Shown here in pieces: positions 29,671 to 39,309 of a stretch of DNA of 64,000 nucleotides. Position 1 is the first letter of the stretch; every line of letters starts with the position of its first letter. Under the pieces are notes generated by a model, which had not been told where the DNA came from, made no database searches, and saw only the letters and a list, made by a program, of their open reading frames with translations. A program made the translations under genes and the position numbers. Source of the stretch: an uncultured bacterium (GTDB lineage Bacteria; Caldisericota; JANLFM01); assembly GCA_964614945.1 (NCBI GenBank), contig CAZTNW010000003.1, forward strand, positions 72,838 to 136,837, given 5' to 3'.

Positions 29671-30551
29671 TCTCTCATCTGCCCTTTCATAAAGTCTCTT
29701 AGAGCCGTTATTTTTTTAGCCGCGGCAGCAAACATCACAGGAGGCATAGCCTGTTCCCGGTCGCTTAAAGCCTCTTCGGGCTTGTAATGGACCTCTATGA
29801 TCAGGCCATCTGTTCCCGCTGCTACAGCAGCAAGGCTCATGGGTTCGATAAGACTCAGACGGCCTGTCCCATGAGAAGGATCAACAATCACGGGGAGATG
29901 GCTGATTTCCTTGACAGCTGGAATCATGCTCAAATCCAGGGTGTTTCGCGTATAAGTTTCAAAGGTGCGAATTCCCCTTTCACAGAGGATGACATTCCGA
30001 TTCCCCTCGGCCAGAATGTATTCAGCGCAATTCAGCCACTCTTCAAGAGTGGAATACATGCCCCTTTTGAGCAGAACGGGCTTGCCAATTTTTCCCACTT
30101 CTTTTAAAAGCGAATAATTCTGCATGTTTCGGGCGCCAACCTGGAGAATATCAGCGTACTCACACACCCATCCGGCATCCCGCGTGTCGACGACCTCGGT
30201 AACTACAGGAAGTCCAGTTTCCTCTCGTGCTTTAGCCAGGATTTTTAAGCCCTTAATGCCCAGTCCCTGGAATGAATAAGGAGAGGTTCGAGGTTTGAAT
30301 GCTCCACCGCGAAGCATGTTTGCCCCGGATTCTTTGACCTTCTGAGCGGTAATGATCGTCTGCTTCTCACTCTCCACGCTGCAGGGACCGGCAATAAGCA
30401 CGAAGTCGTCTCCAACCCTTATCCCTCGGACATCGATGATTGTCCTTTCTTTTTGAACGAGAAATGAATAAAGCTCTCGGCTCTCCGGTGAAGTCATCGT
30501 TTTTTGGTCAGATAAGCTTTTGTCTCCAGCAGAACTTCCTGTTAATAACAT
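29667..30551 (-). CDS. aroF: 3-deoxy-7-phosphoheptulonate (DAHP) synthase, class I-beta (KDO8P-synthase-like)
   Basis: 294 aa; [33 protein letters not shown] blocks; GGAGAGGAGG RBS upstream of ATG. Confidence 0.85.
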   Translation of the reverse strand: MLLTGSSAGDKSLSDQKTMTSPESRELYSFLVQKERTIIDVRGIRVGDDFVLIAGPCSVESEKQTIITAQKVKESGANMLRGGAFKPRTSPYSFQGLGIKGLKILAKAREETGLPVVTEVVDTRDAGWVCEYADILQVGARNMQNYSLLKEVGKIGKPVLLKRGMYSTLEEWLNCAEYILAEGNRNVILCERGIRTFETYTRNTLDLSMIPAVKEISHLPVIVDPSHGTGRLSLIEPMSLAAVAAGTDGLIIEVHYKPEEALSDREQAMPPVMFAAAAKKITALRDFMKGQMRD

Positions 30552-30736
30552 GATGATCGCCTCCTCTCCGCAATTGAGAATGAGATGAACAGGTAAGGGT
30601 TATTAAAAATGTGGTTATTCTAAAAAGGTAGGATTAAAGACTAATCGGGCGGGTTAGACCGCCCAATAAAAGTAAAAGGAAGGGGTCGCCTCAATTTGCT
30701 TCCGCTTGAGCAATTTGTTCTCTCTAAGCATGTGCC

Positions 30737-30766
30737 AATATAACGCAATCATTTTTTAAATGTCAA
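30737..30766 (-). promoter_or_regulatory. candidate sigma70-type promoter of the aro-trp-cys block
   Basis: On minus strand TTGACA (plus 30761-30766), 17-18 nt spacer, TTATAT/TATATT; about 180-nt leader to the DAHP synthase ATG. Confidence 0.4.
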
Positions 30767-30966
30767 GCGAACGAAATACTTGATAAAACTAGAAAAAAAT
30801 GTTTTTATGACAAGGAAATGGAAAAATTCATCCATTCAACAATAAATTCTGCCTTCTCCCATTATTTTTACTATTATGGGCCTCTGGCCCAGTAGAAGCG
30901 TCCTCTCCTTTCAAATCCTTTAAATATAAACCCCATCCTGAGTTTCACAAAAGAGGTGAGCATGGA

Positions 30967-32034
30967 ATGAAACTTGAACAGCTCCGAAAAAAAATCGATC
31001 AGATTGATTACGAGATCCTTCATCTGTTGAGAGAGAGGATGGAGCTCGGCCTTCGAGCTAATAAATTCAAAAAGACAACCCAGGACAAAGCCAGGGAACA
31101 ACAAGTGCTGAGGCGATTGGAAAAGCATTGTCGCCTTCTTCATCTGATTCCAAGCAGCTTCGCGTTGAAACTATTCGGGGAGATTATAAGGGAGAATCGC
31201 AGATTACAGGAACAAAAAAAGATCTTGATCGGGTTTCAGGGGAAGCATGGGGCCTTCGCTGAAGTCGCTGCCAAATACTACGACCCGCACTTGGTGACGA
31301 TCCCCTGTCAGGAATTTGCCGATGTGTGTGTCGGGGTGCAAGAGGGCTATCTGGATCTGGGCATTGTTCCTGTGGAGAACTCGTTGGGAGGACCTGTGGT
31401 CCAGGTAAATGAACAGCTGATAAAAACCGACTTGAAGGTCGTAGCCGCGGTTAAACTGCGGATCAATCATTGTCTCCTCGCTTTGCCTGAAACTAATTTC
31501 AGGGAAATAAGGGTTGTCTATTCTCATCCCCAAGCGCTCTCCCAGTGCCGCTCATTTTTGGAACAGTACCATCTGGAAACCCATCCCTATTACGACATCG
31601 CAGGAGCAGCAATAATGCTCAAGAAAGCAGAATTAAAAGCGGCTGCCGTTATTGCCAACCACCTCTGCGGAGAACTCTATAATCTGAAAATCATCAAGAA
31701 AAATATCGAGGATGACCCCTCCAATTTCACAAGATTTTTCATTCTGGGGAAGGGAGAGAACAGGATCGAGGCCGACAGGTGCTCGATCGTCTTTTCAATA
31801 CCTCACAGGGCGGGAGCATTATTCTCAATCTTCGAGATATTCGCCAGGGCCGATGTCAACCTGACAAGGGTCGAGTCCTTCCCAGAGCGGGGCGACCCGG
31901 ACTCCCATATCTTCCTCCTGGATTTCCAGAGTGAAGCGAAGCCAGATCAGCTCTGCAAGGTTCTTGAAGAGGTCAGAGCGAAAACAAAGACCTTGAAATA
32001 TCTTGGGCGTTACAGGGAAGAGCTATTCCCATGA
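30967..32034 (+). CDS. pheA: bifunctional chorismate mutase / prephenate dehydratase
   Basis: 355 aa; N-terminal chorismate mutase helix (LRKKIDQIDYEILHLLRERMEL), PDT domain, C-terminal ACT domain. Confidence 0.9.
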   Translation: MKLEQLRKKIDQIDYEILHLLRERMELGLRANKFKKTTQDKAREQQVLRRLEKHCRLLHLIPSSFALKLFGEIIRENRRLQEQKKILIGFQGKHGAFAEVAAKYYDPHLVTIPCQEFADVCVGVQEGYLDLGIVPVENSLGGPVVQVNEQLIKTDLKVVAAVKLRINHCLLALPETNFREIRVVYSHPQALSQCRSFLEQYHLETHPYYDIAGAAIMLKKAELKAAAVIANHLCGELYNLKIIKKNIEDDPSNFTRFFILGKGENRIEADRCSIVFSIPHRAGALFSIFEIFARADVNLTRVESFPERGDPDSHIFLLDFQSEAKPDQLCKVLEEVRAKTKTLKYLGRYREELFP

Positions 32035-32810
32035 AGATAGCAATTTTAGGGGCCGGTCATATGGGATCATGGCTTGCCGAAGTGCTGGCGGAAAGGAACA
32101 ACAGGATTGGCATCCATGATCTGGATCTTTCCAAGGTAGAGAAAATCCAGAAGGCCACCGCAATTCTCAGGTCATATGAAGAACTTAAGAAGTTTCAGCC
32201 TGAAATCCTTATCAATGCGGTAAGCCTGCAGAATACTCTCAAGGCCTATAAATCGGCTGAGCCCTATCTTACTTCTGGATGCCTGATAGCTGATGTGGCC
32301 TCGGTAAAATCGGGAATAGTCGGATACTACAGAAGATCCAGATTCCCTTTCGCTTCCGTTCACCCCATGTTTGGCCCGACATTTGCCAATGTGGAAAAAT
32401 TAGAGGATGAAAATGTGATCCTCATCAGTGAGTCTGATAGAGAAGGGATCAGGTTCTTTCGCGAATTATTCGCAGGGATGAGGTTGAATATCTTCGAATA
32501 TTCATTTGAGGAGCACGACCGGATGATCGCCTATTCACTTGTCCTTCCCTTCGCCTCAACCATGGTTTTTGCTACCTGCATGAATAATTCTGCCGTTCCC
32601 GGCAGTACCTTCAAAAAACACAGGGATATCGCGAAAGGCCTTCTCTCCGAGGATGATTATCTTCTGGCAGAAATACTTTTCAGCCCTTATTCTCTCCAAC
32701 AACTGGAACAGGTGACCCGTCGCCTGGAATTTCTCAAACATGTGATAAAGGCCAAGGACATCGAGGAAGCCCGGAAATTCTTCAGTTGCTTAAGAGAGAA
32801 TGTTCTCTAA
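32031..32810 (+). CDS. tyrA: prephenate dehydrogenase
   Basis: 259 aa; N-terminal Rossmann IAILGAGHMGSW, DVASVK block; overlaps pheA stop. Confidence 0.8.
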   Translation: MKIAILGAGHMGSWLAEVLAERNNRIGIHDLDLSKVEKIQKATAILRSYEELKKFQPEILINAVSLQNTLKAYKSAEPYLTSGCLIADVASVKSGIVGYYRRSRFPFASVHPMFGPTFANVEKLEDENVILISESDREGIRFFRELFAGMRLNIFEYSFEEHDRMIAYSLVLPFASTMVFATCMNNSAVPGSTFKKHRDIAKGLLSEDDYLLAEILFSPYSLQQLEQVTRRLEFLKHVIKAKDIEEARKFFSCLRENVL

Positions 32811-32868
32811 AAGAACATCCTGATTTCTATCTGAGTGAATCTGTGAGGTTCGCTCAGAATTAAGCGCT

Positions 32869-33753
32869 TTAGATCGGCGCACCCGCCTCGCGCAGGATCC
32901 TCTTCAGCTCCGCTACGCATGAGTGGTCAAAAGGAAGCAGGGGCTTGCGCGGAAGGCCGCCGCGATAACCCAAAAGGTCCATGGCTTTTTTGACACCGGC
33001 GATTCCCCAGCGGGTTGTAACCGCAGCATTGGCCTCCAAGATGCGCAGCTGAAGGATCCGTGCTTGCTGATAGTCCCCGTTTTCTACTGCGCGATAGGTC
33101 TCCAGGTACAGGTCAGGGAGAACATTGGCTAGAGCGAGAGTGCCTCCCTTCCCTCCAAGAACAAGTGCGGGAACAAGAAAGCTAGCGGAACCAGCAAAGA
33201 CCGAGAAACGATCAGAGGTACCGGCAATGATCTCCGCTATCTGGACGATGTTTCCGCTTGTATCCTTAATGCCCACGATATTTGGATGCCTGGCCAGGCG
33301 GATGACCAGGGAAGAGCTCAAATTGATCCCTGTATTCAGGGGCATGTTATAGAGGAAAATCGGCAGGGTGAGAACATCGGCCAGGCTCAAAAAATGTCTC
33401 TCCAGGAGAGCCTCGTTCATACTGCCCTTGTAATAGTGAGGAGGGAGAAGCAGCACGGCGTCTATTCCGCAGCGGGCGGCCTCCTTGCTCAGCGCGATTG
33501 TCTCGTGGGTAGATTCGGAGCTCGTCCCGGCAATCAACTGTTTGTTCCGCTGAGCGTGTTGACGCACAAACTGGATCAGTTCGACCTTCTCGCCCTTCTG
33601 GATTAGGGGGAACTCGCCATTCGTACCTAAGACGACGTAACCGTCTAAACCAGTAGTATTATAGCGCTCCAGGTTAAATTGCAAACCTTCCCAATCGATA
33701 GACTCATCTTCGCGAAAAGGTGTCACCAGCGGAGAAAAAATTCCCTTCAACAT
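32869..33753 (-). CDS. dapA: dihydrodipicolinate synthase family (DapA/NAL-type class I aldolase)
   Basis: 294 aa; SPLVTPF, GYVVLGTNGE, IPIFLYNMP blocks typical of the DapA family; substrate not determinable. Confidence 0.75.
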   Translation of the reverse strand: MLKGIFSPLVTPFREDESIDWEGLQFNLERYNTTGLDGYVVLGTNGEFPLIQKGEKVELIQFVRQHAQRNKQLIAGTSSESTHETIALSKEAARCGIDAVLLLPPHYYKGSMNEALLERHFLSLADVLTLPIFLYNMPLNTGINLSSSLVIRLARHPNIVGIKDTSGNIVQIAEIIAGTSDRFSVFAGSASFLVPALVLGGKGGTLALANVLPDLYLETYRAVENGDYQQARILQLRILEANAAVTTRWGIAGVKKAMDLLGYRGGLPRKPLLPFDHSCVAELKRILREAGAPI

Positions 33754-33935
33754 TGTCTTGTTGCTTGTCCTCCTTCTTTCACCTGATGAATCTCCTCCTT
33801 ATGGTGTGCCTGAGCTGTCTGTCTTTGTCAAGCTCGCTCGCGGAGAGTGCGAACTCACCCTTTCGAGGAATAACCCGAGGGACAACCTCTTGCTTTATCC
33901 AAGTCCTGGCCTTAGACTAAAGAGCAGGAAAAGCC

Positions 33936-34229
33936 ATGGTGAAAGACTTTGACAAGGGAATTGTAAAGACAGACCCCTCCCGCAAGGTCGGGAAGGCCAC
34001 CATGCGCGTAATTATCTTCACCGAGCGCCACAGGGTAGAAGGTCGCGTACACGCGATCCCGGGCTCCCGTCTGATAGACTTTTTGAATGCGCCCGCTGAA
34101 TTTATCCCTTTGACCGACGCCGTCATTTTCAATTTAGATGATGAAAAGGAGCTCGGTCGTCAGCCCTTCGTGGCTGTGCGCAAACATTCCATCAACCTGC
34201 TCGTGGAAGCTGGCCAACCGGGGCTGTAG
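33936..34229 (+). CDS. hypothetical small protein
   Basis: 97-aa ORF with balanced composition and weak AGGA RBS; 3' end overlaps the tRNA-Ala start by 10 nt, so the reading frame is uncertain. Confidence 0.35.
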   Translation: MVKDFDKGIVKTDPSRKVGKATMRVIIFTERHRVEGRVHAIPGSRLIDFLNAPAEFIPLTDAVIFNLDDEKELGRQPFVAVRKHSINLLVEAGQPGL

Positions 34230-34294
34230 CTCAGCGGGAGAGCACCTCGCTTGCACCGAGGGGGTCAGGGGTTCAAATCCCCTCAGCTCCACCA
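34220..34294 (+). tRNA. tRNA-Ala (anticodon TGC)
   Basis: GGGGCTGTAGCTCAGC...CCTCG-CTTGCAC-CGAGG...GGGGTTCAAATCCCC...CAGCTCC-A-CCA; G3:U70 Ala identity pair; anticodon loop CTTGCAC; encoded CCA. Confidence 0.9.
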
Positions 34295-34523
34295 ATGGAA
34301 ATCGGATAGAATTTACTTCCCTTGCTTTCATGGGGTCAGGCTGAGAAGTTTCATTCTCTACCCGTGCCCTTAATTTAAATCGGTCTTAACACAATTAATG
34401 TAAAAAAGTTCTTATGGGAACCGTATATTTCTCGCATTTGATCTCGGCCTCTCTAACCAGCTTTGACATTTCTCCCTCTGAGGTAGGAAAATATCATTCA
34501 GCCTTGTGGGAAAAGGGGATGAG

Positions 34524-35567
34524 ATGAGAAAGGATTTCATAGATATACAGGACTTCTCGTCGCAGGAACTCTTCTCTCTGCTCGAACTCATAAAAGTGGT
34601 GAAAGCCGCGGGTAAGGAAAGAGCCCTGCCCGACCTCTTGCGCAAGGCCTCCCTGGCGATGATCTTCGAAGAACCATCCACCCGCACAAGGGTTTCTTTC
34701 GAAGTAGCGATGAGCAATCTCGGTGGCCATGCCCTGTATTTGCGCCCGGGGGAAATCCATCTGGGAGCGCGGGAAACTATCGCGGACACTGCCAGGGTCC
34801 TGAGCCGGATGGTGAATGGGATCGAGGCCCGCTTACTTCGCCATACAGACATCCTGGAGTTGGCCAAGTACGCTACAGTTCCGGTAATCAACGGCCTGAC
34901 TGATCTGCAGCATCCCACTCAGGTCCTCTGCGATGCCTTCACTATGCTTGAACACTCAGGGCGCCTTAAAGGCTTGAACCTTGCCTTTATCGGAGACTCT
35001 ACCAACGTCTGCAACTCTCTCCTGGTCATCGCAACAAAGTTAGGGATCAACTTCCTAATGGCCTCGCCCAAACGTTATCAGCCGGTGCCTTCCCTGCTTA
35101 GGCAGGCTGAGGAGAACGCCAGGAAAAGCGGCTCTCGCATCCTGATTGGTGAGGGTGTCGCCAATGCGGTTCAAGCAGCGGATTTCATCTATACGGATCT
35201 CTGGTGGTGGGTGGGCCAGGAGGCGGAAATCGATGATCGGATGAAGGCTTTCATGCCGCAGTATCAGGTGAATGCCAATCTGGCCAAAATAGCGCCGGCC
35301 CATGCCCATTTTATGCATTGTCTTCCTGCCTCGCGCGGCCTGGAGATCACCGACGAAATTATGGATGGAGCGCAGTCAATAGTGTTCGACCAGGCGGAAA
35401 ACCGCCTACACACCGAGGAAGCCCTGCTCATCGCCTTCCTGAGGCCTTATCTAAAGGGAAGCGGAGGACAAAGGGAAGCGGATTTTCAGACTCGAATCGA
35501 GCAAATCCTCTCGGATTTAGGGAATTTCCCCGGGAAAGGAGGTGCATATGGCACAAGAGAAGTTTAA
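34524..35567 (+). CDS. ornithine-carbamoyltransferase-fold transcarbamylase with atypical substrate loop
   Basis: STRTR, HPTQ and HCLPA motifs present; canonical OTC DxxxSMG loop reads TDLWWWVG; AAGGGG RBS favours ATG at 34524 (MRKDF...). Confidence 0.8.
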   Translation: MRKDFIDIQDFSSQELFSLLELIKVVKAAGKERALPDLLRKASLAMIFEEPSTRTRVSFEVAMSNLGGHALYLRPGEIHLGARETIADTARVLSRMVNGIEARLLRHTDILELAKYATVPVINGLTDLQHPTQVLCDAFTMLEHSGRLKGLNLAFIGDSTNVCNSLLVIATKLGINFLMASPKRYQPVPSLLRQAEENARKSGSRILIGEGVANAVQAADFIYTDLWWWVGQEAEIDDRMKAFMPQYQVNANLAKIAPAHAHFMHCLPASRGLEITDEIMDGAQSIVFDQAENRLHTEEALLIAFLRPYLKGSGGQREADFQTRIEQILSDLGNFPGKGGAYGTREV

Positions 35568-36942
35568 ACGGGTTTTGAATTATTGGGATCTTTTCTTCTT
35601 CACGGTTTGCGCAATTTTGGTGATGGATACCGTGGCCTCTTCGGCCGCCATCGGAAATCAATCATTTTTCTGGTGGTTGATCACTCTTTTTTTCTTTTTC
35701 CTTCCTTATGGCCTGATCACTGCTGAACTGGGGTCGGCCTGGCCATCCCAGGGCGGAATATATCTCTGGGTGAAGGAGGCACTCGGCGACGGGTGGGGGG
35801 TAATGACTTCCTGGCTCTACTGGATCAACGTGGCATTCTGGATGCCCTCGGTTTATCTTCTCTTTGCTGGGACCCTGGCGACCTTATTTTTCCCTGAAAT
35901 GAGCACCTGGGGTCAAGTGTTCATCGCCATCGGAATGACCTGGCTCACAGTTTTTCTGGGGATTATCGCCTTGGAAAAATCAAAATGGATCCCCAACCTG
36001 GGAGCGATATTCAAGGCCTTGATCATGCTTTTCCTCGGTGCGCTGGGAATCAGCTGGATAATCAGTAGGGGCTATGCCAATCCCTCCGCTTTCGCGGACT
36101 TCACCCCCTCCTGGTCCAACACACTCGCTTTTCTTCCCGTGGTGGTCTACAACTACATGGGCTTTGAGCTGATGAGCTCGGCCGGGGAGGAGATCAAACA
36201 TCCGCAGAGGAATGTCCCCAAGGCCATCATCTTCTCGGGGATCGCCATCTTCGTCCTCTACATCCTCGGCACTTTCGGCATACTCGCCATTTTGCCCCTG
36301 GACCAGATCTCCATTGTCACAGGGATTATTGACGCCATCAAAGCAGTGATGGTGGATTTGGGGACGACAGGAGAGATCCTATCTATCGTCTTCGGCATTG
36401 CAATCCTGTACTCCTTCCTCGCCAATATGATGACCTGGTCCATTGGAGCGAACAGGGTTGTGGCGGCGACGGCGGGTGAGAAAAAACTTCCCCTCTTCCT
36501 CGGCCATCTGAACCGGAAGTTCCGCACTCCCGATTTCGCCTTCATCGCCATGGGGATCCTGGGGACACTGCTTCTTGTGGGAAATGGTTTTCTCGCTGAG
36601 AACCCGGAGAATATTTTCTGGCAGCTATTCGCCCTCTCCAGCCTGCTCTTCCTCCTTCCCTACCTCCTCATGTTCCCGGCATTTTTACGCTTGCGCTACA
36701 CTCGTCCGGCCGTCTCCCGCCCCTACAGAGTGCCCGGGGGAAAGAGTCTGGCCTGGATCCTGGCGACTTTAGGTGAGTTTCTCATCCTTCTTTCCTGTAT
36801 CTTTTTCTTCCTTCCGCCAGAGGGAACGGAGAATGTCCTCATTTATGAACTCCAATTAGGCGGGGTCACGGTCATCGTACTGTTCTTGGGGCTGATCCTC
36901 TATCTTTGGCGAAAAACAGCGAGCAAATCGTCGAGAGGGTAG
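35548..36942 (+). CDS. APC-superfamily amino acid permease / antiporter
   Basis: about 12 hydrophobic segments; AAAGGAGG RBS before ATG at 35548; overlaps carbamoyltransferase stop. Confidence 0.85.
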   Translation: MAQEKFKRVLNYWDLFFFTVCAILVMDTVASSAAIGNQSFFWWLITLFFFFLPYGLITAELGSAWPSQGGIYLWVKEALGDGWGVMTSWLYWINVAFWMPSVYLLFAGTLATLFFPEMSTWGQVFIAIGMTWLTVFLGIIALEKSKWIPNLGAIFKALIMLFLGALGISWIISRGYANPSAFADFTPSWSNTLAFLPVVVYNYMGFELMSSAGEEIKHPQRNVPKAIIFSGIAIFVLYILGTFGILAILPLDQISIVTGIIDAIKAVMVDLGTTGEILSIVFGIAILYSFLANMMTWSIGANRVVAATAGEKKLPLFLGHLNRKFRTPDFAFIAMGILGTLLLVGNGFLAENPENIFWQLFALSSLLFLLPYLLMFPAFLRLRYTRPAVSRPYRVPGGKSLAWILATLGEFLILLSCIFFFLPPEGTENVLIYELQLGGVTVIVLFLGLILYLWRKTASKSSRG

Positions 36943-36951
36943 GAAAACAGG

Positions 36952-38178
36952 ATGATAAGAATTTTGCCCACACAAAGCAGCGAGTGGGAGAAAGTGGAGA
37001 TCGTCCTCCTCGCCAGACCGGGTCTCGAGACCCTTTTCGGCATTCTGGAGACAAACTCAGCCAATTTCCTCTATCCATTTGATCTGAAGAAAGCAGGGGA
37101 CGAGCACTCAGCTTTCCGCAGGCTGCTCGAGAGTTTTGGAGCAACCGTGATCGACATCCGCGAAGCCCTGACCGCCGGAACAACCGGGGAGGATAGTTCG
37201 TCGCTCGAGGGCCGGGCCCTCGAATCGCTCCGCGCCCTCGCAGAGAGAAGCCTGTCCTACCTGTACGATGAGGCCCTGGCCACGGAGGATCGGGAAATGC
37301 TGAGGGAAAATAAAGGGCGGACGATAAGAACCCTCCATCCCACAGCACTTGCGGAGATCGCTTTGCTGCGCCCCACCCTCTCGATCAGTTACAATCCGAA
37401 GGCCCTGGATCCAACGAGCCGCTTCATCTCGACTTTCCAACTAGAGCCAGCCACGAACCAGTATTTCATGCGCGACGGGATGATCACTACCCGGGCGGGC
37501 TGCGTAATAGGCAACCTCACGCTCGATGTGCGCAAAATCGAGAATGACCTGGTGGAATTCGCGCTCAAGCAACTGGGGATCAAGCCCATCTTCAGGGTGG
37601 AGCCCCCCGGACATTTAGAGGGCGGCGATTTTCTTCCCGCAGGAACACTCGTCCTCCAGGGGCAGGGCCTCCTCTCCGATGAAGAAGGCGTGAAGCAACT
37701 CCTGGAAAAGAAAGCCTACGGCTTCGTAGAGGTAGGGGTAATCAGAGACCCCCGTTCCCAGATGGATGAAATGCATCTCGACACCTATTTCAATTTTCTC
37801 TCGAGGAGAGAAGCGATACTATGCGAGGACAGGATGAAAGGTGATGCGGAACCTTCGGTCGATGTCTGGCTCCCCGAAGGTTCAGTGGATGATTACGTCT
37901 ATCGCAAGAGAAAAACTATCGCCTTCTCAAATTATCTGGAGGAGAAGGGAATCCGGGTGATCCCTTTCTCCAAGGAGGAACAGGGAAACTTCGCTCCTAA
38001 TTACCTTCTGCTCGGCGAGCGCAGGCTTATCGGGGTAAGCAGGGCCGGGGCTGAATTCTGGCGTAGAATCAGGGAGCGTGGAGTGGAGGCGCATCTTCTC
38101 GATTTCGATTCCCTAACGGGTGGGTACGGCGGCCCTCACTGCATGAGCCAGGTGATTCGCCGGACCCCTGAAATGTGA
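36952..38178 (+). CDS. arginine deiminase family (amidinotransferase superfamily) protein
   Basis: 408 aa; EMHLDT block and C-terminal GGPHCMSQ catalytic-Cys motif as in arginine deiminases. Confidence 0.8.
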   Translation: MIRILPTQSSEWEKVEIVLLARPGLETLFGILETNSANFLYPFDLKKAGDEHSAFRRLLESFGATVIDIREALTAGTTGEDSSSLEGRALESLRALAERSLSYLYDEALATEDREMLRENKGRTIRTLHPTALAEIALLRPTLSISYNPKALDPTSRFISTFQLEPATNQYFMRDGMITTRAGCVIGNLTLDVRKIENDLVEFALKQLGIKPIFRVEPPGHLEGGDFLPAGTLVLQGQGLLSDEEGVKQLLEKKAYGFVEVGVIRDPRSQMDEMHLDTYFNFLSRREAILCEDRMKGDAEPSVDVWLPEGSVDDYVYRKRKTIAFSNYLEEKGIRVIPFSKEEQGNFAPNYLLLGERRLIGVSRAGAEFWRRIRERGVEAHLLDFDSLTGGYGGPHCMSQVIRRTPEM

Positions 38179-38184
38179 TCAACC

Positions 38185-39309
38185 TCAGCCCAGCACTTCC
38201 TCGAGGAAAGCCATGATGACGGACATGGATTCCTTTATGGAAGAAATCTCCACGGATTCGTTAGGCTGGTGGGCCAGGCGTACGTCACCCGGACCGTAGA
38301 TCGCAAAAGGCGGCAGGTGCTGGGGAAAGAGGGTGGGGAGATCGGTGCAGAAAGTGGCGGTGCGCAGCGCCATGTTTCGTTTGGTCTCGCGCTCGAAAGC
38401 CCTGCAGAAAGACTGGACCATTCCTGAATTGAAATCTGAGAGGAGTGGCCTTTTGTAACTGATAATGTCACAGCTCATATTGGCACCTTCTCGCTCAGTC
38501 GCTCTCTGATTGAGAAGGTGCATCACCCAATCTTTCTCCTCCTCGGCCCCGAGGCGAAAATCCAGGTCGGCCCTGCAAAAGTCCGGTACGATATTGATGC
38601 GCCTTCCGCCCTCGATCCTCCCTATATTCAGGCTAGGTGATCCAAAGTAAGGTCTGGGGGGCGCATTCCTCACTTTCTCAGCCAGGGAGAGCAGGAAATG
38701 GCTGCAGGCGAGGATGGCGTTGACTCCTTCGCCCGGGATAGAACCGTGAGCCTCCTTGCCGGAGAATTTCAGGGAGATCCACAACTCCGCCTTCTCGCCG
38801 AAGAGGATTTCTCCACCTGTGGGCTCCGCCTCCAGAACGAAGAGAGCGTCATCCAAAAAGCCTGCTTCGGCAAACGAGGCCGCACCGCGGTACTGGTTCT
38901 CCTCGTCGGCTGTAAGCAGAATCTTCAAAGACAGGCGGGGTTTACCTTTTGCTTTTATTTCCTTCGCACACTGTAAGAGAAGCGCAACCCCAGCCTTCAT
39001 ATCGGAGGCGCCGAGGCCGTAAATTCGACTGGATCGTTCCTGTGCATGAAATGGATCGGAGAGCCATCCCTCAGCCGGCTCCACCGTATCCAAGTGACCG
39101 GTGAGGACGACGGAGCCTCTTTCCCTCCCTTCAATCTGGCAAAAGAGGGATGTGCGGCCGGGCGCTAAGGAAAAAAGGGATGAAGAGAGACCCCACTCCT
39201 TCAGCAAAGCCTGGATATACCTGCAGATTTGCTCTTCGTTTCCGGGAGGGTTGGCCGTATTTATGGAAATAAGCTTCTTCAGCAGTTCACAAGCATTATC
39301 CGGCATTTT
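38185..39309 (-). CDS. M20 family metallo-hydrolase (ArgE/DapE-type deacylase)
   Basis: HLDTVEPAEGW, GASDMKAG, EENQ metal-binding blocks; likely start at Met 17 of ORF 38185..39357. Confidence 0.8.
   Translation of the reverse strand, partial: KMPDNACELLKKLISINTANPPGNEEQICRYIQALLKEWGLSSSLFSLAPGRTSLFCQIEGRERGSVVLTGHLDTVEPAEGWLSDPFHAQERSSRIYGLGASDMKAGVALLLQCAKEIKAKGKPRLSLKILLTADEENQYRGAASFAEAGFLDDALFVLEAEPTGGEILFGEKAELWISLKFSGKEAHGSIPGEGVNAILACSHFLLSLAEKVRNAPPRPYFGSPSLNIGRIEGGRRINIVPDFCRADLDFRLGAEEEKDWVMHLLNQRATEREGANMSCDIISYKRPLLSDFNSGMVQSFCRAFERETKRNMALRTATFCTDLPTLFPQHLPPFAIYGPGDVRLAHQPNESVEISSIKESMSVIMAFLEEVLG

Noticed and set aside
30647-30664. GC hairpin GGGCGG-GTTAGA-CCGCCC in the aro leader as an intrinsic terminator or attenuator
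   Set aside because: No U-tract follows the hairpin on either strand, and I found no tandem Trp-codon leader peptide or T-box core sequence, so an attenuator call is unsupported.
34295-34505. tRNA-adjacent region as an integrated element boundary
   Set aside because: No integrase gene and no visible direct repeat of the tRNA 3' end in the downstream sequence that I scanned.
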